DNA from: Styela clava | Taxonomy: Eukaryota | NCBI RefSeq assembly: GCF_964204865.1 | Contig: NC_135253.1 | Location: 8,308,001 to 8,372,000, forward strand | Length of the DNA stretch: 64,000 nt | Direction: 5' to 3' | In this document: piece after piece, positions 13,581-29,259 of the stretch | Layout of the letters: every line of letters begins with the position of its first letter | How positions within the stretch are numbered: the first letter of the stretch is position 1 | Translations under genes and position numbers: made by a program | Notes under the pieces: model-generated | What the model was told of the DNA's origin: nothing | The model's input: the letters and a program-made list of their open reading frames with translations, nothing else | Databases searched by the model: none

Positions 13581-14845
13581 CTGCTAGAGAAAAGAGCTTC
13601 TTTATAAAATTGTATTTTCATGTACAGAATACTAGCTCAAATATTTTTATAATTTTAATCTGCCAGTGAACTCTTGCATTAACTTTGTTGTTTCGCGTTG
13701 GTGTGAAGCGGAAAAAATTCAGAATTCGGGGAAGTCAAGCAATGATATTATTATCTAAGTGGTGTGATTTCCGATTGTAATCCACTGTTAAATTCTGTTT
13801 TTTTCATGGATGTAAGGAATTTCCATATTAATAATCTCTTGAGAAACACCAATAAGATGACTTAATTATATGGAATGGTTAACCACTATCTTCTGCCTAT
13901 ATTGGTATGTAATTGTTTGCTACAAAGTTCAAACTTACAAACCCATGTAAGGTAACCGGCAGAATGAGCTTTCTTGGTGCTCACCGCAATGTGCCAACCA
14001 AAAAATAGAGTAACTCATACACGAAAATAACTTATCAATCATTACATCATTCTTCGGAGCCATTTGTTTGCTTCTTAAGCCCCACAATAGACATGACCTT
14101 ACTGCTGAACAACCAACGACAATCTAGTCTGTAAGCTATATAAGAATTCTCAATTCATTGAACTTATTGCGCAATCTGGTATTACATGTGGAATTATGTA
14201 GAAAGGTTACATTTTTCCCATTCAAATTTTATTACCCAAAGTTGCATAACTTTTTTAAAACAATAAACTATAAAAAGCTGATTATTAAAATTCACATACT
14301 ATTTAGAAACAATTCCTTATTGTGATAATTGAATTGGTAGGGTGTATATGTTATGTACTTTCTTTGTAAGAGCAAAGTAAGCTTTCCCTAAGTGAAGGTA
14401 TACACCAAACATTACTTTGCAATAATTTCGATTTCATATAGGAACAGTGGACAAAGAACTCTGCCTTAAGAATATGTCGAAAATATCCTTGGAAAATTAA
14501 ATTGAACAAACGACAATCATCATTTGTGATTAATAGTAATACAATCTTCACAAAGTAGGATTCAGCAAAGCTTGATATAGTCCAACAATGAACAGAGTGT
14601 AAAAACTTAAATTTTAAGCAAATTCGCTTCCATTCAGTTTAGCCAATAAAATAAGAAACGATAATCATTTTGTCTTATTATTTCTGCCATTTTCCTTCTT
14701 GTCCTTGCTGTATCTAGCATTCCTCTCTAATCACCATGATCCTCCATTGAATCAAGAGATTTAAGTCGATTCTGGAATCTTCAAGCATTCAACCATGTTG
14801 TCTCCCAGATTCATGGCTATGTTGTGTTGTGTTACAAATCCACTA

Positions 14846-17800
14846 TCAGAAAAAGTCTGAAGCTTTCTTTTTCTTCTTCGGTATATTCAATAAATTATCA
14901 GTTATGGACGGTGAAACAGCACCTGTAGCCTATTAAAGTAAAGTTCAATATATAGATAAGAACCCTTCAAAATATGAATATTCCCGAGGCTAAAAAGTCT
15001 TTCAACTTGTATTGTATGAATAAAATAGCTTTAGCATATCTTTTAAACAAATGCCTAATAATAGAGGCTAATATAAAAGACAAAAATGAATATAAAAAAA
15101 TAGTAGATAGATACAAGGGTACATCCTATTTGAGCATTTGTACCTATCCTAACTTAGAACATATCATTGAACTCTTATTCACCCATTGTGAATTCACCAT
15201 AACTTACCAAGTTACCATATCATTAATTTCGACAGGTCATCAGATTTGGATTAGGACATGCACAATTGTTAGACTTCATGCCAAATCAGCACTGATATAA
15301 TGTTCGAATTACCTGAGGTGTTAATTTACTTCTTGTATTGGGTGTTGGTGTTTTAGATATTGGTGTCAAATCTCCTCTCTTACTTCGAACAGAAGGAGAT
15401 GGTGTGTAACTGGCTTTCAATCTTATATCTGAAGCTGTATGAATAATTAAAATTATCATTTAGGGCAGTGATGAGTACTCCAAAATCACAATGCAGCTTC
15501 TGTGAGCAGTTTTAATGACAAGATTTGTTTTTAGCGGAGACCATTTGTACATTGCAGTATCGACTGGGTCAACAACTTCTTAGTTGAATTAACAAAAGTG
15601 TTCATTGCGGGAAACTTTGGGCACAACTGGAGTATATGTGTGCCTGTTATTGATTTCTTGATTTTAACACTTTAACATTACGTTAAACATTCCTGTTACG
15701 AACTTACAATCAAAATTTTGTTATGAAGTCAGTTCTTAATAGGTCTGTTCTGTTTAAATCAGTATTTATATATGTTTTTTTAATTCATTTGACACCTTTA
15801 TAAATTACGGTATAATCGCCATTAGTTGCACGAAGCAGGCCAGAGTTCTTTTACCATATTGAATACAGGACTTTATGAACACCCTATGTTACTGTTAACT
15901 TGTGCAATACCTATTCCCAGTTTTCTATTCCCAGAAACAAGTCTTTTTGCTGCAGGTGAAAGAGTATTAATTCGTTCTGAACTCATTATTGTTCCAACAC
16001 GTCTTGGTGTTCCAGCTAAAACACTTTCTTTAACTTGTCGGAGAGCTGCTTGCTTCTTTGCTCTGTAATTAAAAGATGATTCAAATGACTGAAAACAGAA
16101 AATCAAGAAGAATAGCAGAATTTTAGTCTTCTTTTTTGTTTGAAAAGACATCGCAGAATGCAAAGTCGTTCAAAAGAAAAAGTATAGTGACAAAATTTCA
16201 TCATCAATGAAATGTTGTAATTGGTCAGTGAAGTGGTTTGATTGCAACCGACCCATTTTTCAGTGGCATAACACTACAAAGCACTTTTTAAGACATATCA
16301 ATCTGACATTTGGAATAAACCTTCCTTTCTGCTACATAGAAGGATGTTTGAAACAAATTTAATTGTTTAATTACAGTAAATATACATATTTTAATTACTC
16401 AATTCTTGATTCCATATTTTTTATTTGAAATTTTGTCATCTGATTACTCGATACAATACAAAAATCGACGTAATGTTACTTTTTACAATGTGCATCCAGT
16501 ATAACATTAATTTGGTCATCACATATCAAAAATCACAATTCGTTTCACAACAACAATAAAAGATCATACCTATTCTTTTTTGTATTTTCATCAACCATTC
16601 TATATGTTAGTTCATCACGTCTGCTTTCTTTAGGAAATTTGAATGAAGGTCCTGGTGTTGGTGTTCCAGATCCATCTATTCTGATCGGCGTTCCTTCCAC
16701 TACACCCCACGTCATTACAGGGGACATATTCACACCTATGATACAGAGAAATAGATGAAGATTGTATTGAAGTATAACTGAGGATTACAAATACCATGAA
16801 TGGTGATTTAATAAATATAGATACAAGTGAAATGCAGTAGAGAAAGAACATCAAAAAAAATCAAATTTGAGGAACATTTTTATACATTTCCGTAGAAATA
16901 GCTATTTCATAAAGTAATAGCAGTATATGAAGTGATAGCGAAGGAGATCGAATATACAACGTTCAAACTGACTATTAATACTAGTATCCTAATGACCAAC
17001 CATGAGCAAGTAAGACGAAAATAGGCAGTATTATTGAAACTCAAAAGCACAAGTGATGAATCCCTCAATTGGATTAATACACAGCTTTACAATAATAGAT
17101 TGAGGAAGCATATTTTATACAGCATATCTATACATCTTATGTTCCAAACAATGCTATACAGAAAACCCACTTATATGAAAAAAAGCTAGTTTATTTTTAA
17201 AAATTGAAATTTTTTTGGTTTGGCATTGCCTACTCAATTTATCACACCCTGGTTGCATAGGATTTGAACCAAAGTTTCCAAACTGCGATGGCATCATATT
17301 TTACAGTAACTCAACTATTTTCACAGAAGGTCCGTACACAAAATTCAAAAGTTACTGCGGTCTGGTCATTCCAAAATATATATTTAACCATGCAAACAAA
17401 TGTATCGTTTGACCAAATACAAAAGCACAATGATTTCAGCAAAACGATTCATTAGTCGACTTCGTGTCCAATAGCAAAGTTATTTGTCAATATTTGTTCT
17501 ATTTTAAATTTCAAAAATACAAATGAAAACCTGACAAATAGCATGCAAAGCCCCAAAAACAATCTAATGTTTACCACCTTGTCTAAAAAACTGTGAAGAA
17601 TGTATCCAAGCAGCCGCTATAACTTCACTGGCGCGGTCCGCCAGTTGAGTAGCCCTGTACCAGGCCATCATAAACTCAAATTGAATGGTAAATAATCGAA
17701 GCAAAATAATAGTAAAATTCAGAAGTCACTACTCATACATGATATATTATGAGAAATGGATGATATGGAGAAAAATCTAACTAAGAAAATATAAGTTCAC

Positions 17801-20800
17801 TGTCGCAGTTCAAGTATTGCACTTTTTGAATGAATGTATGTATTCATATTCAAGAAATATTCTCACAATAAATACAGAATTAGAAAAACAACAAACCTGG
17901 TGCTGGAGATGGCGTTGCTACAAAACCATATCCATTGACAGCAGGAGATGCATTAGGAATAATAGCTTTTCCATCATGACCAACACGTTCACCAACACCA
18001 AATCTAGCATTTTCTGCTGCAGCTTCTACAAGTTTAGTACGATCCAATGTATTCTTGAATGGGTCGTTAGCAAATCTTGTGTTGGAATGTGTGATTTCAT
18101 AAGGCTTTTTGAATACGTCATCATTAGGTAAACCTGAGAATATGACACAATCAATTATGAATTCAATATTTATTAGAACCTTCAGAAAAAGAAACATTCA
18201 GAAAAAGAATACTGAATATGTATCGAACAAATAGTTACTCTATCCTTAACAGTTATTTTTTCTTTTGTCTCGATTTAAGGTTACATATGATATAGAAATA
18301 ACGAAACAAGTATTAAATATCCTCAAAGACCTGCAAAAAGGCAACACAGGACGCAAACCGGCATTTGTGAGACCTGGTTCAGAGAATTGGCTGTGAGATA
18401 TCGGTTACTGTATTTACAATGCAGCAATTTACGGCGAAGAACTCGAATTTCACATGATATAATTTAGATTTTTTACAGAATATATGCATAACGGTAAATT
18501 ATAACTTCAAGAATAGCCTCAAGTCTCATATTGTGAAAAATATAGTCACATATACAATGACATAAAATACTAAAAAAATTGGATGCAACATCTTAAACAC
18601 AAACCTTCAGGATAATACATGAGATGATTCTTGTTTTTATATGTCCAAGTATCAACAGTTCGAGATTCTCTTTCTTCATCATCATCATATGGAACTAATT
18701 TTAAATTTGATGAATTTTCAGAGTCATCAGGTTTTGAAGATTCACTATCATTGCATTTAGTAGATTTTAGATCAGATTTGTTTTCCTGAAACATGAATAA
18801 AATTATCATTTGTTGTAAACTAAGAGCAAACAAATTCCCGCAAATAGGGGCTAAAAGATACTCATCTGAAAAAGAATGATTCTGAAGATAGTCCGACAGG
18901 GCGGGACAGCTTTCAGAAAAATACTAGACAGATAATTTGGCAAAGTATAAAGATCACAAATTTAACCCCACTGTAGATTTGATTTAAATATTTATTTAGA
19001 TTCTGAATAATCAAAAAAAGGACTTGATTTGTCAAAAATATCATTATTCTCTATAAAAGAATTTAACAACAAATACTTCGACGATTGCAGTCTATTTAGT
19101 TTCAATTGATAATTTTTGACTCGTGACTCAAGAGTCCTATGACTAATAACAAAACTGCTGCTAATAATCTGATTTGAATTAGGCTATCTTGACATGAACA
19201 CTACATGGCTACTTGTGTGCTTGATCGGAATGAAAGACATATAAATAGGCCATATAAAAATGTCACTGTTAGATACAAAAAGTGTAATAGGGAGTTTATA
19301 ATTACAAACTAATTCCATGGTTACATAACAAAGATTAAGCAAAGAATATGATGGGAAAAAAATTCCAAAATCAAAATTTAAAATATGTTTCTATCAGTTA
19401 TAAAAATTGAATATACCGTAGTATTATACAAAAGCTTATTTATAGAACAATGCAACTCACATTTTCAGACCCATCTGTTATTGCCAGCATCTTATTGTTC
19501 GTATCACCACCTTGTAACATGAGCATTTTCTTTGTATTTTCGGCATGTTTCAATTCTGCTTCATACAGCCATGAATATTTATTTCTTTGATCTTGTTCGG
19601 CCCTGATAAAAATATAAACCATTGCCATGGTGATTTTTGAATAATGCTACTCAGAGTTGTGAAAAATCATTAACAGTTTCTCAGCATCATCAACAGATAA
19701 ACTTCTAAAATATAACCCAGCTCTGAATAGAGCTTAGAGTTATGCCATATGATTCATAATAAATTCTTCTTCTTCATTGATATAGTTGAGAATTTGAATG
19801 AAATTAGATGTGACACAGACACAATCTATATTAAACATTTACTATTATTGTAGACAAAACTCCAAGACATCTAAATGCCCAACTCTGGGCATAATTATAC
19901 AGAGAAGGGAATTAGCCCTTACGATTATTACTTAGACCTTATATTATCAAAGCAAAGTAATACTAACTTTTCCATAATATTTTCGAAAGATTCATTATCT
20001 TCACTTGTATATTTGCCGAGAAATGAATTCAAACCATCTCTAACATCCGATTGTTTAACTTGATCCTCTTCATTCAGTAATACGTCTTTCTTATCATAAC
20101 TATAATTACAAAGAGTTGAAATCATTATTTATTGTAATAACAACATTTTGGTGATTATCATATACTGTAATTTTGACAATCCAAGAGACTGGCATTACAA
20201 TCCTGTACAGACACCAAGTGACCATAAAAATTATGGTAAGCCGGCCTAGTGGTTGGAACAGCGGTTCCCAACTTGGGGCCTATGGCCCCCTACACAGAGC
20301 AGTTGGAGGGGGGCCCCAATGCTAGTCGTAACCAAATTCACTTTTCACTTTATAAGAAAACTCCCTGTTCTATCTAGTATTACTGCTTGATATTGATTAT
20401 TTCACAAGGTGTTTTAAATTTGTTGAGCATGAATTGTTTGAACATAACGGGATTTGAAATCTACCAATCAAATTAAACCTATAAATATCACTGGAATGAT
20501 AAACAGGGGACCCATGAACATGACTGCTAAAAGCCTCCGAAAGGGGCCGCGAACCATAAAAGGTTGTGGTCAGAGAGACGAAACTATGCGGGCATTGCAG
20601 ATGAAATACTCAGGTTCAAATCCCATGCCCACCACTACCTCACCCAGGATATATATAATAAATTGGGTAGGAAATGCTGAACTGGGAAGATTTCTCTCCT
20701 CCCAATCATAGTAGTTCCTTATCTAGCAGTGGTTGTTTTGTACAGAGCCTTGTTCAGGGTGTAAGGCATGAAAAATGCCACATAAAAATACAATGAGGTG

Positions 20801-22186
20801 AAAACTACCATAACGACATTTTTAAACTATTGTAAACATTTATCATAAATGCAAGAAAAAATGTAGAAATGTGATTGCTGAAGAACTTTAAATAAACACA
20901 GGAGAAAACCTTTTGAATGATATCCGTACTCGACTGTATGTATGATTGTTTATACATCCCATAAATAAATACATAGCAATGAAGATATTAAATTTGGAAC
21001 AAGAGTCATATACAAGACCATGTCGGCCTACTGTACATATGTGTGGCGTGCCCGCCACTTATGATTGACAGCATATAGAGTAAATTAATAAAAACCTACC
21101 CAAGATTTTTTGAATTCAAATTAGAGCTTGGAGTCATTTTTTCATCAATTACAGGAGTGTCAAATGTGGCAGGTGGCAGTTTCGTTGAATCTGTAAAAGA
21201 GAGTATAACAAAAATGCATTCAAGTACATTGTTACAAGTACATTTACTTTTTTCATCTATTTCATGTTTATAAACGAAAATACATATTTTAGAATTGTAA
21301 ATATGATCATGTGATCACATTAAAGTTCGTCGTATCATAAGATTTGAATCTGTCAATATATTTTCATACACCTTATTGGTTATGGACTCTTATATTGATA
21401 TCGAGAAGGAAGAACATGTATATCTTATGGTGTGACCGACATCGTAGCAGTTCAGCTCGGTCTACCTAAATTATTACATCATGGATGGCGCTTGCAACTG
21501 AGATACGTGTACTAACAGCTAAGCCATAGCTCCGCCCGATCTTCGAAAGCGTAAAAATATTTATCTGAGATTCATAATTTACCAGTATTTGGAGTAAATG
21601 TTGGATTGTTTTGATTTTTCTTTCTTGAAAACTTGAGGGCAATTTGTCTCATTTTCTCAAAATCTTTTTTCTCTTCGGCCTCTAGATATTCCTTTTGATC
21701 TTTTAATTTCTCATGATCGGGAAAAAAGTCACGGGTGATGATTCTTTCAAGATTCTAAAAATATTGTTTTATTAATTACAGACCAATATTCAGATATGTA
21801 AAATGTGCAAATATTTCATCTTTTTAAAAGTTTTTTAAGAATAACTAGACTATATTAAAGTGATAATAAAATGTTTTTTACCTCTACCAACAGACCAATG
21901 GCTCGAATTTGGTGGCAATTTCACGTTTTTGTCAATTTCAGTACCTACTTACTCAACATATTGATAGAAACAAAAAATGGCAGCATGACTGCAAGCAGAA
22001 GTTATTCTAAACAGTCAAGTTCTATGACTGTATGAGGCATTAATTCAAATTAACTGACTAAAAATCAAGCTTGTAGCCTGGGTAAATATGTTATCGTAGG
22101 CCTACCTCTGTATATGTTTCCTCATCCAAAACTTGGGGTTGTTGACGTCTTTTCCCTGTCAGTTTATTATATGTTTCCAATGCCAT
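14846..22186 (-). CDS. ESS2: Splicing factor ESS-2 homolog (DGCR14), ~11 exons
   Basis: ATG at 22186. Motifs: QVLDEETYTE|NLERIITRDFFPDHEKLKDQKEYLEAEE, PATFDTP, FLGKYTSEDNESF, WLYEAE, WTYKNKNHLMYYPEG, HSNTRF, GYGFVATPSPAPG, SPVMTWGVVEGTP, LSPAAKRL, and C-terminus SITDNLLNIPKKKKKASDFF* (stop 14846-14848). Confidence 0.93.
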
Positions 22187-22553
22187 TCTGCTGTTCTGTG
22201 GTATACCGTACAGCTTTACAGCAGCAGCACTAGCAACTCAGACAGTGATTTAGGAATGGCACACTTAACTTTAAAAATTCCACTTCTACAATCGTAGAAC
22301 AGTAGAACGCCCACTCTAACTGCAGAACTGTTATCAACTGTAATTATGATCAAACAATGTACGACAATACGGCAAACTGTATGTACATACCGTACGTTCG
22401 CAATACGTCTTGTTTTCAGATTTTACGAAAGAAACATCAGCTGGTAATATCGAGCTTACTCATCCATCACGGAACTTTTATTATGACGTAATTTGTAAAT
22501 AAACACACGTGCGTTTTGTGTTGGGGAGTTTGTTTTTTGCAAAGTTTGAGGGA
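22187..22553. promoter_or_regulatory. Compact bidirectional promoter region between ESS2 and SHPK
   Basis: The divergent ATGs are only 367 bp apart. The interval contains CRE-like TGACGTAA (~22484) and E-box CACGTG (~22506). Confidence 0.6.
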
Positions 22554-25500
22554 ATGACTGATGTACTTGGGATTGATATTGGCACCACATCTGTGAAGGT
22601 TGTCGTGGTTTCAGAAGATAATGGAGAACCAAAGGTTTGATCCGATAACGCTATATTTTGTGAAATAGCATGCGCTTATTCTATCGTCTGACTGAATCAT
22701 ATGATACTTGCACTGGTTTATTGCTTAGTCACAGTTGATTGTAAAATACAATGTAACCATTTAATGAAATCTAGGTAACCATTGAGAATTATCTCGCGAA
22801 AGTGCCACATTTATTGAAATTCATTGAATAAAATAATTCTTTACAGTTTAAAAATAGAATAAACCATGTAGCTGAAAATTCTTCCAATCAAAACAAATGG
22901 AAATCTTTTTGCAGATTTTTGGTTCAAAGAATCTGTGTCATAATGCAAATCTAACAAGTTCTGACAATGTATCACACTTTGAACAAAATCCAACCAAGAT
23001 ATTGACAGCATTAAAGGAATGTTTGAGATTGTTGAAAGAAGAAATAGGGACAAGAATAACTACAATAAATACAATTTGTTAGTTACTGTCAACAGTTGTT
23101 TGTTTTGTTTCTGATAATTCTTACTAAATACAGAAATAGAAACAATGGCAGTCAAGTCCAAGAAAGTTTTATTCTTTTCAATATCATGTATTTATATGTT
23201 TTATCAGGTCAATAAAGTTGCTTTTAAAAGTGAAATCTAGATTAGTAGTTACATATTACATGATAAAGAGTATAACTTATGGATAAGAGAAAGTTGAACT
23301 AAATATTATATCTTGCACTCATGTAACATGCTATAGATGAATGAAATTCACTCAGAGGTTGTTTATATATATATATATAACAAAAACAACTTCACAGTAT
23401 ATGTTATGAACTTTATATTGGAGCATGAGGTATGTTTGCGAGGGAGTCTGAAATTGAGTTGGATTATCTGTGGCTCATTTCTGATGGGTGGATTAGAGCT
23501 ACAATATTTGAGCAACTATCAAAATTGAGCCACAGATGATCCTTGTTGATTGTAGCATACATCGCTGGCATGTGTTAAACCCTGATATAAAGCTCATATC
23601 ATATGCTTCAAATTTTTCTTTCTCATATACACATGTTGGTATTTGCTTGGTGGAGCTTTATTTGGGGCAAAGTTATGACACCCTATTAAAATATATTAAT
23701 GCTTTATCAAATTTGTTTTATATTGTAGCAATATGTGGCCAAATGCATGGCTGTGTGCTGTGGAACAGTGACGATCAGACCAGTGTTGAAAATGATGGAA
23801 TATATTATCCTTGCTCTAATTTAATAACATGGCAAGATCAGAGGTGTGACTCGGAATTCATTTTATCACTACCTGTTCCAGAAAAATGTGTCCCTGTTTC
23901 TACAGGTAAATGTATGGCAAAAAAAGTTATTGATGTATGTGTGATTTATCTAAAAGATTGAATTTCTGATAATTCAGAAATGAACTTTCAACTACCGGTA
24001 ATTAAAATTACAGAAAGTTTGGCCGACCTTTTTCAAATCATTTTTGAATTGCTGGTGAGATTTTTACACTCTGATTATCATACAATATCTGCAATTAAAT
24101 CTTTTATTTGAATAGTAGGAAGTTGCAGGAAAACTATGTTTTTTTCCATTCAATTTTTAATCTAGGTCATTTACAGGACAACTAACTAGATTTCACAGAT
24201 ACATGGCTGGTACAGAACCATACTTAGGTGTCAATCACTCCAGAGTATATTCAAGTTTCAGCAATTCTTTGAATATGAACACCTAACAGTGAATACTCCA
24301 TATGGTACTTGAATCATTGATTGGGATTGTTGTTTCAATCCATTTTATAATTTATATTTTCTTTCATTTGAGGATTTGGATGTGCAACAATGTTTTGGCT
24401 GCGAAAAAATTCTCCTGAGATTTTATCAAAATACAATTGTGCTGGAACAATAATGGATTATGTTATTGCAAGTTTGTGCAAACTCAGAAAACCAATAATG
24501 TCGACTCAAAATGCAATGAGTTGGGGTTATTACAACTTCATTGATAGGAAGTGGAATTTGAAAATGTGAATATTTTATCTCTTTCATTTGATTTCTTTTT
24601 ATTTTGTTGAACAAGACTGATGTTACATCATTGTAACCAGAGTATGGAAACCTTTGTTTTATGATGATCGTAGAACTAACATGAATCTTAACCCAAAAGA
24701 GAAAATTAACAAAACACTGCTGCATCATTACCAATACTGCTTTAGTAGTAAGGTAGTAAGAATGGCAATGTTTAGTTATTTTTTCATATTTACCGTGTGT
24801 TTTTTAATCTGAGTGTTTGTTCCAATTATGACTATTACATACTCATTTTGGAGGAGCTTTTATAAATAATCAGCCAGTTTTGCTGAAAGAAATTACCATG
24901 ATTTTTATTTATTCCTATAGGATATCTTTTTTTATTGTAATGCATTTTTGGCTATTACCTATTTTTATATTACCCGATTTTCCAGATTGAAGAAAAATGA
25001 CTTTCCTGTAAATTTCTTACCAGACATTGTAAATCCAGGCAACATTGTTGGAAAGTCACAAATAGATTGGTGTGATATACCGGCTGGTATAGATATTACT
25101 GTTGGGCTTGGTGACATGCAGTGTTCTGTGCTTTCCTGTGATCCAGATTCCTCGACTGGTGGTAAATATTATTATTTGGGTGTATCTATAAATGTATACA
25201 CAATTAATAATTGGTTATGTGTTAATGGTTATGTGCTTTTTCGGAAAACATAAATTTCTTATTTATTGAGGCTCGTACTCGAAAATGGTAGTGCTAGTAA
25301 ACGACTGCCCCACGTACCTATCCTATGAACAGAGCTAATACTCAGAATATTTATGCTAAGAATATATTTTAGGTCAGTTTGTGTTAAGAGTGTAAAAACA
25401 TCAAAATTCTAGTCAGCATTCAAATTATTTTATACCCTGATTAGTACGATATTTGTTTGTAGCTCTAACTGAACACTTAAACTATTACATTAATGAAGTT

Positions 25501-27976
25501 TCAAATTGTATTTGGATTTTTTATATTTTTACATTTTCCTAAACATATACAGTACCGTAGCTGTAAATATTTCTAAATTAATATTCATAATGTCACAAGA
25601 ATTCAATCCATTCTTACCACGAACATCAATAGTGAATCTTCAGATGAAAAAAAATATTTCATTTAATGTGTTCAGTTTTCAACCTTGGCACAGCAGCTCA
25701 ACTTTCTACAATACTGCCAATCCAATCGGGAATTGAACATTATAGTTTAAAATATTCTGCAACCGTACCTTCATCATCTATTTGTGTACCTTACTTTGGG
25801 GATTTTTGCTTGTGGACTTCGGCATCATTAAATGGTGGGGCAGTATTTGAAAAATTTGCAAGTATGATGCATAGGTGGACAGTACAATTTGTACCATCAC
25901 TTACTATGAGTGATGTATATGAAAAACTTATTGACATTGATAGTGGTGAGTATATATGAATGAACTTTAATTGGACCTCCAAAAGTATGCGCACCAAGAT
26001 GGCGCACAACCTGAACTCAGGTTGTGTACCAGGTTAGGGTTCAGGTTATGTGCCATCTTGGTGCGCATACTTGAGGAGTATCCTTCAATTTATAATGATT
26101 ACTTATCAATTTTAATCGGTAAGTATGTTGATAGGTATTTGTCTGTTTGTCTGTCTGTCTGTTAGATGCACGTGATATCTCACGAAAGCGAGATTGAATC
26201 TGCTCCAGATTTTGCATGTTCATTCATCATATGTCGGACCAGAAGCCTATTGATTTTGGATGAATTATGTCGTATAATTAGCGAGTTATTAATTAATTAG
26301 TGATGTGACACAAGGTGTCACTATGGAGTAAGAGCGCTGTTTTGGGGATCCCCTAACTTTCGATGATAAGTCTTCGGTCTCTGTCGATATTCTGGTTAAA
26401 GTATCATAGATTTGACTAAATTACCTAGAGTTTGCAACAACAGCAACAGTAATCTGAAACTTTTTCACGCATTTTACTTCAAACAAAGTCGAGTAGAGAC
26501 AGGCATGTAAGACACTGACATGTAAGAAACTGATATTTTCGATATGTATCCTGTTTAGCATTTTCTACCCAATATATCACACCCTGGATGAGTAATTGGT
26601 AATGGGGTTTGAATCAACGATCTGTGACTTGAGATGCTTTTATCGTTAAGTTCAACGTTCTTACCCATAGGTTTTGTCCAATTTTTGAAAATTACCAGTG
26701 ATTCTCTAAATTGATTAATTTTTACTGCGATTTTAAACAATCCACTCTGAATCATTAATCCTAATATTTTTACAATATTTGTTCAACTAAGAATAATATT
26801 TTACCCAGAGCTGTAGAGTCGGAGCTTGTTTTTGTTAATTTTATTTTTATGCATGTGAAATTTGCTAGCAGCAATTTGTTCTCTGGAAAATTCCACCTGG
26901 TAGGATAGGATTTACATACCGTGTTTATTCCGAGAAAGAGGAAAGCCGATAATATGGCTCAATTATATGGCGAACAACGGTCGCTTATTTGGTTACCAGT
27001 TCATGTGGGGTATAAGATTAGTTAGCCAGTTATTTGTTTCAGATACATGAACTTGATAGTAGAGGAAGATGAACCGACCAGTGCTTACGTGAACCACTCT
27101 ACACTGACAATGAAGTAAAAAACAAATTGTATATGTCAGTGTTCATATAGAAAAATTATTTTAAAGATGCAGAGCCTGCAACAAGTATGACAATTAATCC
27201 AACTATATATGGTGAAAGACATGATCCAAATAAACAAGCTTCTGTACATAACATCAGTCCAGAAGATGACTCCATTTCAACTGTTTCTTATAAACTAGCA
27301 TTTGGCATTATAAGGAATGTATTTGACATGTTTAACAGTGGTAAGTCAAAAATACTTGAAAATTATCATTTGCAGTCAATGTAGTGTCATTGGGAGTCTG
27401 TTACTAATTTTAGTATTCGACTGTTGGAAAATTTTTTCGGAGCTGTATTGTATATAAAAATCTACATTGCTCCACTACAGTTTGTAGCTCAAGTATAGCC
27501 CATATTTGGCAACATAATAATATAAAACAGTGATAAATAAGTATTGAAAACAGTGGACAAATGCTGTAATTGTCTTTAATGGTTAAATGCAGTTTCCTGC
27601 CTATATGAACATTTTTAATGCCTTGCAACCACACTTTTGCAATGTGCACAAAATGGTCGGTGTCTCGAAAATGGTTACATTGGATTAAACTCATTAGTCA
27701 TCGCTAATGCAGTGCACTCATATTGAGATATTCCGAAATAGTGGTTGATAAATTTAACTTCTCGTCTTCGTTCTCCAATATCCCAAAATTTTTCTTCATT
27801 TTTCAGGTATGGAAGAAAGACATGTTAAAATGAAAACGCTATTGGCGCATGGAACTGCTTTTGAAAAAAATGCTTTATTCAGAAAAGCTTTGAAACAAAT
27901 TTCAGGTGTAGAATGCAAGTTTGATGTAGTATTGGATGGAGCTTATGGTGTTACACGATGCAAGAAATACACTTGA
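22554..27976 (+). CDS. SHPK: Sedoheptulokinase (CARKL), FGGY carbohydrate kinase family, ~8 exons
   Basis: MTDVLGIDIGTTSVK, EQNPTKILTALKECL, ICGQMHGCVLW, SNLITWQDQRC, TGFGCATMFWL, VGLGDMQCSV, NLGTAAQLS, VPYF, ASLNGG, PTIYGERHDP. Last exon 27807-27976 ends ...DGAYGVTRCKKYT*. Confidence 0.9.
25973..26082. mobile_element. GG...CC MITE with 8-bp TSD (Merlin-like), short subfamily
   Basis: TIR AAGTATGCGCACCAAGATGGC and its inverse; flanks ctttaatt/cttcaatt. Confidence 0.7.
26099..26398 (+). mobile_element. DINE-1/HINE-like (Helentron-associated) non-autonomous element
   Basis: 5' hairpin TACTTATC..TTTAATCGGTAAGTA, (GTCT)n microsatellite, conserved core, 3' subterminal GATAAGT plus TCGGTCTCTG.CGA stem-loop. 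Confidence 0.65.
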
Positions 27977-29259
27977 TATATTACCTCTAACATTAATAAA
28001 GTACTGTTTCCAATAATCGGTTGGGCAATACCATGAGCAATGAAACTGGATCAAATACAAACAGAATATGAGGAGTATGCACATAATGTGGTTTAATTCA
28101 ATGGCAATTTAAATGTAATTGGACAGGATGTGATATCTACTCAATGGACTGGGTAGTAGGTAGTAGTTTGATTAGTATGAGTTATTGAATGATTGATGTT
28201 CTATTGAATTTTTAATATAAACTGATTTATTTTCTGATAAAGTACGGATCATGAAGATACATATATTTGAAACATTTAATGGACACAACCAATTTTATTG
28301 TGTTTATCGAGTCGGTCTGAAAAACTTGCTTCATTTTCTTTCATTTATTAATTGTTACCATTGAATATATTGATTTATTCATTCGCAATGGCCTCAATGG
28401 AACTGAATTCAGTTTTACATTCTTGGAATACTACATTTTTAATAAAACCTCGAAAAATATTCAATCTATGAAATCAATTTGAAATTTTTTTAGTGATTTT
28501 GCAAATTTACACTTTATTTCCAATGTTCAAAACTTCATGCTGCCTTTCATGCATGCTTTTTTTTTTGTTCTGGTTTGTACATTTGATAAATTATTGGTGA
28601 ATGGTGATATTTTTATGTATTTGAAAGCAAGATGTTTCCTACAGCTATTTACTTATTTAGCAATACACAATCTAGAATTCCAGACCCAGAGTTAAATATT
28701 TAAAATCAACTTCATTTATATATATGATATGTGGGGTAAATTCTGATGATTACCATAATTGGACGGAAGAGGTCGTCAGAAGTCTATTATATTTAATTTA
28801 TCTACCTAAATTTTGTTATATTTTGTGTAAGTTGTCCACAGATCCCTTAAAAAGCATTGCCCGATTCTGAATCGTGTTTTTTGTATTCTTGTAGTAATAT
28901 TTTTAATTTTTTTTGGTGGGCGGGCGCGTACTTTTACGTTTTTTAACTTTATTTTAAGTTATGCTCGCCTTCCGGGTATCTCTGCATTTTGTTTGTTTGT
29001 CCGGTTTTTGTGTTGTTTTGTTTTTATGTCAGAGTGCCGAAATAAATGATTGATTGATGATTGATTGCATTTTTCAGTAATCAGTACCTGTAGTTTATTT
29101 TTCCAACAAACTAAAGTACACTTTATGAATAAACAATATAAAAATGAAAAAATAGTACTTTGGGGCTTTATTTCTTAATAAATCAAAGTATAACTCTCTA
29201 TCACAGACCAAAGTTTTGTATTATGAATCTTTTAGCTGGTCGATACAATAACAAGCTGT

